Shown: one piece after another, positions 9,529 through 17,479 of the stretch | Position numbering within the stretch: position 1 is the stretch's first letter | Layout of the letters: every line of letters starts with the position of its first letter | Assembly (NCBI GenBank): GCA_963702005.1 | Contig: OY969696.1 | Span: 3,296,001 to 3,360,000 of the forward strand | DNA from: Candidatus Aminicenantes bacterium | GTDB lineage: Bacteria; Acidobacteriota; Aminicenantia; Aminicenantales; JAFGBC01 | DNA length: 64,000 nucleotides | Reading direction: 5' to 3' | Made by a program: the position numbers and the translations under genes | The notes under the pieces: model-generated | Databases searched by the model: none | Seen by the model: the letters and a program-made list of their open reading frames with translations, nothing else | Told to the model about the DNA's origin: nothing

Positions 9529-10740
9529 CTAAATATTTTCCAGTTTGTCCTTATCGGGGAGCTTCGGGAACGGCGCGTGAGGCTCCTGCTGGTACCAGAA
9601 AGCCACCGAAGCGATATCGTCCTGGAGAGGCAGGTAGCGCCCCCCCGACATCCAGCCCAGGGCCTGGATCGTGACTTTGAGATTCGTTTCGAACCTAATG
9701 GGGTCCATGATGTGCCAGCGGTAGAGGCCGAAGCGCTGTTGGACCTGATAGTGCCCGTCGCCGCGGATGACCTGGGGCAGCCCGCTGTAGGGCGTCGTGA
9801 ATTCGTGGTACTGGATGGAGCCGTCGGGCGCCTGGGCGTCAAAATCGTAAGAGCCGCAGAAGTAGTCCTCGGTCCCCGTGCCGCAGATCGTCGGAAACTC
9901 CTTGTCGCCGTCGATGTAGAATTTGATCTCGCCCTCGCCCCACCAGCCGTTGTTGTTGACGCCCCAGGCCAGATAAGTGCCGACGTATTGTCCCCAGCCT
10001 TTGACGCCGTCCAGGATTGTGTAGACGCCTTTATAAGGGAGGGGGTTGACGCGCCGGAATTGGGCGTGGAAATAGGCCGCGTCGGCCGGGACTTCGGTTT
10101 CCGTGTAGTTGATCTGGTAGTAGATCGAAAACTTGTCGTCGGCGATGTTCTCGAGCGTGATCTTGAATCCCTTACGGAAGGGCATCTCCCAGTAGCAATT
10201 GAAGGCGCTCCCCGGGTTGACGCAGACGGGAAGCGAGGAGATCTGGGCATACTGGCCCCAGCCGCAGGCGAAAAAGTCGCCCAGGGGGCATTCCACGGAC
10301 GGCTCGGTCTCGCCGTCCCAATAGAAGCGGATGATGGCGAAACGCCAGGTTCCGGCCGGGGTGCACCAGATCTGTTGGATCGCGCCCGAGCCCTTAACGT
10401 CGGCCATAACGAAGGTCTCCTTGGGCTTGAGCGTGACGTAAGGCGAGACCTTCCAACCCTGGCCGAGATCCCGGGCCGCGTTCTTAGCCGGGCCGTCGAC
10501 GGACATGCCCGCCTTGCCCTTTTCGCCGCTGAAATTCTCAGGGCTGACGGACCGCGTCTTGGCGTGGGACAGCCGGGACAGGTTGCTCAGACTCATTGAG
10601 AGACCCTTAAAGGTCTTTTCGTCCTGCTGACCGGAGCCGAGCGCAGCCAGGGTTGAAACGAGAACGGCCGTGACCAGGAATCCCAGGGCCGCCCTGAGCC
10701 AGGGTGAGACCCGCCGTTCCGAGCACGCTTGTTTCATCAT
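9529..10740 (-). CDS. DUF2961 / GH172-family glycoside hydrolase, exported
   Basis: SPENFSGEKG, PLGDFFACGW, WWGEGEIKFYIDGD, ICGTGTEDYF, YRWHIMDPIRF; signal peptide. Confidence 0.85.
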   Translation of the reverse strand: MMKQACSERRVSPWLRAALGFLVTAVLVSTLAALGSGQQDEKTFKGLSMSLSNLSRLSHAKTRSVSPENFSGEKGKAGMSVDGPAKNAARDLGQGWKVSPYVTLKPKETFVMADVKGSGAIQQIWCTPAGTWRFAIIRFYWDGETEPSVECPLGDFFACGWGQYAQISSLPVCVNPGSAFNCYWEMPFRKGFKITLENIADDKFSIYYQINYTETEVPADAAYFHAQFRRVNPLPYKGVYTILDGVKGWGQYVGTYLAWGVNNNGWWGEGEIKFYIDGDKEFPTICGTGTEDYFCGSYDFDAQAPDGSIQYHEFTTPYSGLPQVIRGDGHYQVQQRFGLYRWHIMDPIRFETNLKVTIQALGWMSGGRYLPLQDDIASVAFWYQQEPHAPFPKLPDKDKLENI

Positions 10741-10840
10741 ATCCTCCTCCTTTAACGGGTTTTATCACGGGTATCGGTTCGATACGCCGATCGCCCCATT
10801 GTAATCCTTCTGAATTCCGAGACACAAGATAAAAGGAGGA

Positions 10841-11461
10841 TTATCCGCGGTCCTCCGTTTTCGCCCGGATATATTTATGTTCAGTGCGCAGCGACCAAAC
10901 CGCCCATGCCGCGTATCCGAGTGAAGCGGGGCACCCGATGTAAGATAGTAAAAACGGGACCGTCGCGGTCCCGACCACAAACGGCCAGTGGTACACGAGT
11001 CTGAAGAGATGGAAGATCCCGACGAGGAAAAAGATCGCGCCGGAGACGATGAAGTAAAGCTTGTGAGCTAGGATAGAACCTCTACGGCGTCGAGCCTTCC
11101 GGAACTCAAGTAACTCCACCGGAGCGCCATTGTCCACGATCATGGCCGTTCTGACGCCTTCGGAAGGCTCGCTCACTTCGCCGAGAAGCCGCTTGCCCTT
11201 GATTTCGGCATCAAGATTGTCTACTTCAAAGGCGACATGAGGGACCGTCCTAATCAATTCCGAAATCGGGCTGTCGAGTTCGAAGCGCATCCACTCGATG
11301 CCGTAGGGACTGGTTTCGAAACCGGACACATATATTTTGTATGGCTCAAGATACCGTTCTCCGGGCTTGGGCTTGTCAGTGGGAATGCCCAGGTGATGAT
11401 ATCGCCATCCCTTGGCGGCGACGGCGGGCGGTTCATCATCATTTCGACGAGCTTGTGGCAT
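10841..11461 (-). CDS. VOC/glyoxalase-like domain fused to a small two-TM domain
   Basis: YHHLGIP, PHVAFEVDNL, PVELLEF followed by hydrophobic helices. Confidence 0.65.
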   Translation of the reverse strand: MPQARRNDDEPPAVAAKGWRYHHLGIPTDKPKPGERYLEPYKIYVSGFETSPYGIEWMRFELDSPISELIRTVPHVAFEVDNLDAEIKGKRLLGEVSEPSEGVRTAMIVDNGAPVELLEFRKARRRRGSILAHKLYFIVSGAIFFLVGIFHLFRLVYHWPFVVGTATVPFLLSYIGCPASLGYAAWAVWSLRTEHKYIRAKTEDRG

Positions 11462-11477
11462 GCTTTTTCTCCTTTGG

Positions 11478-11522
11478 TCATGTCCGGCACCTTAAGCCGC
11501 AATAAGCGATCATCTCTTTCAT
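11478..11522 (-). pseudogene. Short relic resembling a DUF3795 N-terminus (MKEMIAYCGLRCRT*)
   Basis: 14-codon ORF with IAYCGLxC motif in the intergenic gap. Confidence 0.45.
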
Positions 11523-11538
11523 GGGTTAGTGTGCAGGA

Positions 11539-12126
11539 TTATAGTATTAGCTCATATTCTATGACTTCCGGAACCAGGCTGTCATCTTTCTTAATAATCG
11601 ACTTCATTTTGAAGCCGATCGACGCGTACATTTTTTGTGCCGGTTTGAAGAACTCGATATTGCCTGTTTTTGCAATGATCTTTGATGGTTTCATATTTTT
11701 AATAATATCTATTCCTAACAGCAACTGCTCCACGCCTTTGCCGCGACCCTTGAATTTCTCGATAATGCAATTATGGCCTATTTCTACTGAAACAGGCATA
11801 TTCCTCGGGTCCCATGACATAAATCCAGTTATATCCGTATCATCCAAAGTCAAACCCTCGACTCCCCGGCATGAATGCCGGGGCTTGGTCAGGGTTAACC
11901 CTGAGCCGCGCTTCTCATCCCCGCCTTGAAAGGCGGGGCTTAGCGTCGGCGAACGGGTGACAAACCCACAGACATTCATGAATGAAAGATTGTCGAAAAC
12001 GAAGGAATCGAATTCCTGCCAACTATCCCTGTAGAGTTTCGATAATTCTTGGGATGTGGAATACGCGTCAAGAAGCAGATTGAATAGCGTTCCTCTTTTT
12101 GTTTCGGAGAAACGTTGTATCCTCAT
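11539..12126 (-). CDS. GNAT acetyltransferase carrying an in-frame 36-aa insertion
   Basis: GHNCI..FKGRGKG acetyl-CoA motif, PAQKMYASIGF. AT-rich gene interrupted by a GC-rich palindromic element. Confidence 0.8.
   Translation of the reverse strand: MRIQRFSETKRGTLFNLLLDAYSTSQELSKLYRDSWQEFDSFVFDNLSFMNVCGFVTRSPTLSPAFQGGDEKRGSGLTLTKPRHSCRGVEGLTLDDTDITGFMSWDPRNMPVSVEIGHNCIIEKFKGRGKGVEQLLLGIDIIKNMKPSKIIAKTGNIEFFKPAQKMYASIGFKMKSIIKKDDSLVPEVIEYELIL
11851..11958. mobile_element. 108-bp multi-hairpin miniature element (IS200/IS605-end-like, PATE/RPE-like)
   Basis: Hairpins CCCCGGCA-TGAA-TGCCGGGG, TCAGGGTTAACCCTGA and CCCCGCCT-TGAA-AGGCGGGG. Removing 108 bp gives continuous GFVT-LDD. Confidence 0.8.
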
Positions 12127-12632
12127 AACGCAAGGATTGACTTCAAATCCGCTCCCCAGGCCTTCGCCCGCTCCAGCTCTCCGTCGCGTAGCGGGCCGTA
12201 TTTCCCCTTCACGATGAAGCGCTGAGCCTTCGCGATCGGCCGGTATCCCGCGCCCTCCAGCCCGCGAGCAATCGCTCCCGTGGCGCGCCCGGGCGAAATC
12301 TTAAGTCGGGTCTCGAACACCGCCGACCGGCCGCTCCCCTTGGGGAGCGCGTCAAGCCAAGAGCGCATCGACGGCTGCGAGAGGTCGGGCGCCACCCGCT
12401 CCCTTGCCGCGCTCGCGCCGATCGTCTTGAGCATCTTGTCCGTCGGAAGCCTGAAGCCCAGCACCGGAGCTCCGGCCACGATGAGGTCCGCGCCCGCTAT
12501 CGCCGCCCCCGTGGCCTGAGCGGTCGAGAGCGCTTGCGCCCCGGCGCCGATTCCTTCCACGATGGCGCGGGCGACGGCTGCGGTGTTTCCCCAGAGAGAT
12601 TCATACACGACGATGGCTCTCATGGCGTTCAC
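12123..12632 (-). CDS. Flavodoxin-family protein
   Basis: VVYESLWGNT FMN loop, GAPV, GPLRDGELERAKAW. Confidence 0.85.
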   Translation of the reverse strand: MNAMRAIVVYESLWGNTAAVARAIVEGIGAGAQALSTAQATGAAIAGADLIVAGAPVLGFRLPTDKMLKTIGASAARERVAPDLSQPSMRSWLDALPKGSGRSAVFETRLKISPGRATGAIARGLEGAGYRPIAKAQRFIVKGKYGPLRDGELERAKAWGADLKSILAL

Positions 12633-12795
12633 CTTTCAAGGACCATCTTATCTTTTTAATTCTTTAAATTCCAGATATCTCCTATATTTCGTCCATAAGC
12701 GAGAGCGAACTAAAATACGTCGTGAGCATCAGTCGTTGACCTCTCACCGCGGCCAGCGCTATACTTCAGCCTAAGTGAGGGTTTAGGAGAGAGAA

Positions 12796-14228
12796 ATGTC
12801 TTATCAACGGCTAACAGGTTTTGCCATCCTGACTTGTGCTTTCGCCGCGGTCCTGGCACTCGCGTCCGACCTCCGGGCCGCGACCTATTATGTCGCGCCC
12901 AACGGCAACGACAAAAACCCCGGGACATCGTCCAAGCCCTGGGCAAGCCCGGCCTACGGGTCGCGCCGGATGAAATCGGGCGACACGCTGATCATCCGGA
13001 AAGGCCACTACATCATCAGCGTCTACGACGACGACATCATGTATCCCCCTCGGGCACGTCGGCCGCCTGGACGATCATCAAGGGAGAAGACGGGGCGCGT
13101 CCCGTCATCGCCGGCCGCGACGACCTATTCGCCGCCATCAACCTCGCCGGAAAGAAATATATTCGGGTCGAAAACCTGGAGATCACCCACGACGATCAAG
13201 TCAGCGGAGAGAAGCTCTACTTCCGGACCGGAATCACAATCTCCGGCGCCCCCTCGCGCTCGATCGTCCTCGAAAAGCTCTATATCCATCATGTCGACGA
13301 GGGCGGGGTCGACATGCAGGATGTCGAGGACATCCAGATCCTGAACAGCCGGATCGAGTATTGCGGGTTCGGCGCCGTCGGGGGGCCGGAGGGGACGGCC
13401 GGGGGCATCCGGAACCTTCTCATCCAGAACTGCACGCTGTCCTACGGCGGCCATTACTACCGGGGCGGAAACGGCAAGGACCGGCCCTATGACCGGCCGG
13501 ACGGGTTCGGCATCGAGCCGTCCGACGGCCCGATCCAGATCATCGACACGCGCGCCGAACACAACTACGGCGACGGGCTGGACTCCAAGTCGAAGAACAC
13601 GACGGTGCGGCGATGCATCGTCGCCAACAATTCCTGCGACGGGGTCAAGTTCTGGGGCGACAACAGCGTCGTCGAGAACACGCTGATCTACGGGCGGGGC
13701 GACGGCAACTCGACCACGACGCCCTGGGCCGCGATCGTCATCGGCACCAACCAGGAGGACGCGACCTTCGCCGTGACCAACGTCACCGTGGACGATTATC
13801 TGGGAAAGAACTATTTAATCTATGTTCAGTACGACGAAACCGCCCATATCAACCTCAACATCCGAAATACCATTTTCCGCGGCATGGGGACCAACTGCCC
13901 GATGTTTATCGGGAATGCGGGCGAAGTGACCCTTAAGGCGGATCACAACCTGTTTTATCTGCCGAAGAATGCGATTATCTTGAGCCATGGCGGGAAGGAC
14001 TATACAAAGGCCAACATCAAGTCCTTGGGCGCGGGCAATCTATACGGGGATCCGAAGTTCATGGCCCCCGCCTGGGGGAAAACCGGCAACTATCATCTGA
14101 AGAGCGGCAGCCCGGCGATCAATCACGGGACGGCCGTCGGCGCGCCCAAGAATGACCTGGACAAGAAAAAGCGCGACACTAAGCCGGATATTGGAGCTTA
14201 CGAATTCGTGACGAACGGCCGGAAGTAG
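12796..14228 (+). pseudogene. Secreted right-handed beta-helix protein (DUF1565-like N-terminus, PDIGAYE tail), frameshifted at C5 13045-13049
   Basis: Signal peptide plus ATYYVAPNGNDKNPGT in the 12796 frame; continues SGTSAAW... in the 12834 frame. One extra C joins them. May be a sequencing indel. Confidence 0.8.
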
Positions 14229-14235
14229 ACGATCG

Positions 14236-15108
14236 TTATTTTCTCAGGGCCTCGATCTTTTCCGGAGTGGCCAGGATGGCGCGGACGACATCGACGGCCA
14301 GGTAGGCGACGACGAACCCGATATAACTCAGGAAAGGCACCAGTCCCGACAAGACGATGATCCGGCCCGTGTACCATGCCCTCTTCCAGTCGGCCAGGAG
14401 ACGGTACTGAGAGCCAAAGATTCCAAAGGCGTCAATGGCCAGCAGCACAAAACCGGCTACGATCCCGATCCCGAAAAGGATCGGGACTAAGCGCATGAAG
14501 CCCTTGATGAATAGAACGATGATTCCGATCGCCTCCTGGCCGGCCGAATTCTTGCCCCCCGTCTCGGTGGATACGGTTTCCGGATTGAACACGACGATGG
14601 CAAAAAGCTCGAGCAGGATGAAAAGGGCCGCGCCGGCCAGAATGAACCGGATTCCCGCGCCCTGGATCGACCGGATCGCGCCCAGGACGATCGCGATCAG
14701 GCCTCCGATGACGGCCAAGAGCCCGAGGCAGTCGTGGAAGGCCCTGGAGGTAAGCGAGCTGGGATTGTTCTCGATCAGCGAGTCCCCGGTCGTAGCGAAA
14801 CGGTGGGCGGCGTACTGAACGACAAGGATGAGAACGACCCAGGCGATTCCGTAAAGGAATGCGGAGAAAGAGTCGAGGCGAATGGCCACGATGAGCGAGA
14901 AGATAAAGCCGAGAGCCGCGGCGGCCAGAAGTCCGACATGGCCGATCCGGAATATCCAGCGGACGGCGAAATCCAGAACTTTGCGATTGAGCAGGTCTTT
15001 GGTCGAAGCCAGGACTTTCTCCAGGACGGCAACACCCCACAGCCGGACAGCCTTCGTCTTGTCTTGCGTCTTGTCTTGCGTCTTGTCTTGCTTTTTTTCT
15101 TGAACCAT
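14236..15108 (-). CDS. Multi-pass membrane protein of unknown function
   Basis: 290 aa with several hydrophobic helices; GGAGGG RBS. Confidence 0.75.
   Translation of the reverse strand: MVQEKKQDKTQDKTQDKTKAVRLWGVAVLEKVLASTKDLLNRKVLDFAVRWIFRIGHVGLLAAAALGFIFSLIVAIRLDSFSAFLYGIAWVVLILVVQYAAHRFATTGDSLIENNPSSLTSRAFHDCLGLLAVIGGLIAIVLGAIRSIQGAGIRFILAGAALFILLELFAIVVFNPETVSTETGGKNSAGQEAIGIIVLFIKGFMRLVPILFGIGIVAGFVLLAIDAFGIFGSQYRLLADWKRAWYTGRIIVLSGLVPFLSYIGFVVAYLAVDVVRAILATPEKIEALRK
15056..15091. repeat. 3 x 12-bp perfect tandem repeat (GTCTTGTCTTGC) encoding QDKT repeats
   Basis: Read directly from the sequence. Confidence 0.9.
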
Positions 15109-15254
15109 TGTTCCCTCCTAAATGTGTTTCTATTATACGTCAAGCGGGATCACGGCGGTCAATCCCACTTCATATTTATGCCTTTCAACATATTTTTTCA
15201 CTCGATAGTATTTAGTTCCAGATACCTTATCTTCGGACGGCGCGCACACCAGAC

Positions 15255-15758
15255 CTAGTCGGGGCCGGAAACGCGCAGCATGAACGTCTGCCGCCCGACC
15301 AAAGCCGGGCTCCATCGCCGCGGCGGCTGGAGGAACACTTGGGTCAACTTCGCGAGCAGCACGGACACAGGGAGCTCCCACCGTGAGATCGGGCGAAACC
15401 CAAAGTGGGCGAAGTAGCTCGGCTTAAGAGTGGCGAGCCATACACGGCTTATGTTAGCCTGGCCGGCGCGGGCGAGGCTTGCCTCCACCAACAGGCGACC
15501 GATCCCTCGCCCTTGCGCGGCGGGCTGGACTGCCACCGAAAGGATCTCCGCAAGATGCGCCGCATATTGATGCAGCGCGGCGCAGCCAACCATCCGATCA
15601 GAGCTGTCGCGTGCCACCAGAAAGTCGGAGAGCCGCATCTGGACGTTGGCCGGTGAACGCCGAAAGAGCGAGGGATCGGCCTGATTGGCCCGGAGGACGG
15701 CCACTATGTCGTCGACATCGCACTGAGCAGCGGGGTGAACCGTGATGGTATCAACCAT
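15255..15758 (-). CDS. GNAT acetyltransferase (ArgA-like), cassette-like gene
   Basis: VGCAAL, AEILSVAV..QGRGIGRLLV, YFAHFGF; preceded by GTTAGGC core site. Confidence 0.85.
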   Translation of the reverse strand: MVDTITVHPAAQCDVDDIVAVLRANQADPSLFRRSPANVQMRLSDFLVARDSSDRMVGCAALHQYAAHLAEILSVAVQPAAQGRGIGRLLVEASLARAGQANISRVWLATLKPSYFAHFGFRPISRWELPVSVLLAKLTQVFLQPPRRWSPALVGRQTFMLRVSGPD

Positions 15759-15776
15759 GGTCCTCTATCCGCTGTT

Positions 15777-15815
15777 GCCTAACAATGATTATACAGACTG
15801 TATAAGTCGAGTCAA
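15777..15815 (-). promoter_or_regulatory. attI-like site overlapping a sigma70-type promoter (TTGACT-16-TATAAT) and a palindrome
   Basis: Minus strand reads TTGACTCGACTTATACAGTCTGTATAATCATTGTTAGGC; palindrome TTATACAG-n-CTGTATAA at 15789-15805. Confidence 0.6.
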
Positions 15816-15850
15816 CGCCCATCGCCAAACCTCCGTGTCCTGAGTTGGTT

Positions 15851-15917
15851 ATCTAACGTTAAGGCTCGCCAGCAGTCACGCCTTCTCAGGCCATCCGATG
15901 AAGCCTGTTGTTAAAGC
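15851..15917 (-). other. Integron attC site
   Basis: Minus strand GCTTTAAC-AACAGGCTTCA...GGCGAGCCTTAAC-GTTAGAT; R'' is complementary to the cassette's leading GTTAAAGC. Confidence 0.75.
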
Positions 15918-16279
15918 TTTTTCTCAATGAACCCGATTGCAAGATCAAGCTCCTCAATAATGCGCGGACGTACTTTTGGAATAGAAATCCATGTTGCTTT
16001 CAACGCTTTCAACATACGCAATGAATAGGGGTAATAACGCTTGAAATTGCGGAGTTCGTAAATGATGGCTGCTTGGCGATCTACGAACATTGAACCACCT
16101 TCCTTCTCCGGTTCAACGAGTTCCTTAACAAGCTTGTGATATACTTCAAATTCTTTCCAGTAACGTGTAGCTCTGCGCTCAATGTGAAACTTGTAGATAC
16201 CGAAACTAAAAGCAACAGCAGCGCCCAAGGCGCTCATCTGAGTACCATAAAGTTTAAGCAACTCTAATAATGCATTCAT
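15911..16279 (-). CDS. Integron cassette protein, single N-terminal TM helix, unknown function
   Basis: 122 aa, low GC, GGAGAG RBS, stop codon inside the attC R'' box. Confidence 0.75.
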   Translation of the reverse strand: MNALLELLKLYGTQMSALGAAVAFSFGIYKFHIERRATRYWKEFEVYHKLVKELVEPEKEGGSMFVDRQAAIIYELRNFKRYYPYSLRMLKALKATWISIPKVRPRIIEELDLAIGFIEKKL

Positions 16280-16293
16280 TGGCTCTCCAATAG

Positions 16294-16381
16294 GCTTTAA
16301 CGGCTAACCTAACCGGCGCACCGCAGAGCTCGAGCACTAGAAAAAACCCGAGGACGCGTTCGATTGAGCAAATTGTTCGGC
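16294..16381 (-). other. Integron attC site
   Basis: Minus strand GCCGAAC-AATTTGCTCAATCGAACGCG...GCGCCGGTTAGGTTAGCC-GTTAAAGC. Confidence 0.8.
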
Positions 16382-16386
16382 GAAAT

Positions 16387-17109
16387 TTACATGAATTTTC
16401 TTCGCCTGAATGCTTGGACATCCTCTCTCGATAGTTCGAACCACTCACCGCCCTTTCTCTTAGCTTCGAACCGCCCATGCCAGTATGCCTCAATGCCGGG
16501 CGGATCGTCTGTCTTTATACTATGAATTATTCTCGCAGGTTTGGGAAGTTGTATCCCCAACTCGTACTCTCTTCTTCCAAGGGAATTGCTTCTGCCAATC
16601 TTGTAGTAACGCCCAGATTTCATAAGGTATACGTACCCGAAAGTTGGCGTAGCCGGTGAGCCTTGACCTGGCCTCGAAGTACCAGCTGCGGCCGAAAGAG
16701 GGCTGCATGTTTTGATGACATCTTCATAGCCGATCCTCGCAGAACAGTACTCTACTATTTTGTTAGCCAGCTCCGCCTTGTTTCCGAGCCGTTGGAAGGT
16801 CTTTTCATTGGGAAACGTCTTGTCAGTCCATGTCTTCAGTCTAAGCTCGTTCCGAACGGGGAAGTGACCCAATTCTCTAATCAAGAAGATAAGTCGCTCA
16901 AGCAACCACTCCTGGTTATACGATTTTTGCATCGTGTTAGGGGAAAAACCGGCTTCACGAACCGCGTCGCTCCATCGAATCCAGTACTTTCCGGACCAAT
17001 CCGATTCCTTAAGGCCCGTTTCCGCCTCAAATCTTTTTTTTCCGAGAGGCTGGCCGTTATTCTGTTGGGCCATTCGTACTATTTCATCGAGAATGTGTTT
17101 CTTTTCCAT
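16387..17109 (-). CDS. GIY-YIG (T5orf172/MUG113-like) nuclease with N-terminal homing-endonuclease-associated helical repeats; cassette gene
   Basis: GYVYLMKSGRYYKIGRS...IEAYWHGRF...GEWF; N-terminal KKHILDEIVRMA...WSDAVREAG-type repeats. Confidence 0.82.
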   Translation of the reverse strand: MEKKHILDEIVRMAQQNNGQPLGKKRFEAETGLKESDWSGKYWIRWSDAVREAGFSPNTMQKSYNQEWLLERLIFLIRELGHFPVRNELRLKTWTDKTFPNEKTFQRLGNKAELANKIVEYCSARIGYEDVIKTCSPLSAAAGTSRPGQGSPATPTFGYVYLMKSGRYYKIGRSNSLGRREYELGIQLPKPARIIHSIKTDDPPGIEAYWHGRFEAKRKGGEWFELSREDVQAFRRRKFM

Positions 17110-17124
17110 ATCATTAGCTATGTC

Positions 17125-17184
17125 GCCGAACGTGCGGCATCAGCGGCGGCGTGTAGCGCCGCCCGCTGCATGCCATTGTTAGGT
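17125..17184 (-). other. Integron attC site (60 bp)
   Basis: Minus strand ACCTAAC-AATGGCATGCAGCGGGCGGCGC-TACAC-GCCGCCGCTGATGCCGCAC-GTTCGGC; imperfect palindrome with extrahelical bases. Confidence 0.9.
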
Positions 17185-17194
17185 GGCGTGGCTT

Positions 17195-17479
17195 CTACTT
17201 CTGGTTCGCCTGGATCCACTTGCTGACATCCTCTGGCATTCCATACCAAGCAGACGGCGCTGGAGACACTCCTACATAGAGCTTGTCGTTTGGATCCAGT
17301 GCTTGCCGGAGATGGTCCCGGACCTGCACAGGTGTTGCGTTGGCATAGATCAGATATGCGGAGCCGCCAAGGCGCGCCCAACTCGGGTAGGTCTTGATGA
17401 GCCTGATGAGCCGCTCGTAGTTCTGCCCTGGATTGATGAGGTCATAGCTGATAATCAGGATCTGGTTCATGCTCGACAC
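17195..17479 (-). CDS. Small Cas2/VapD-like ferredoxin-fold protein ('SinR family'-type), cassette gene
   Basis: ILIISYDL..PGQNYERLI..I..W.....S.YLI......VRDHL...LDPNDKLYV; coupled to the HEPN gene. Confidence 0.7.
   Translation of the reverse strand: MSSMNQILIISYDLINPGQNYERLIRLIKTYPSWARLGGSAYLIYANATPVQVRDHLRQALDPNDKLYVGVSPAPSAWYGMPEDVSKWIQANQK

Noticed and set aside
11523-12130. GNAT gene as a further integron cassette (GTTATGA at start, CACTAAC after stop)
   Set aside because: The ends are not complementary and no attC palindrome follows.
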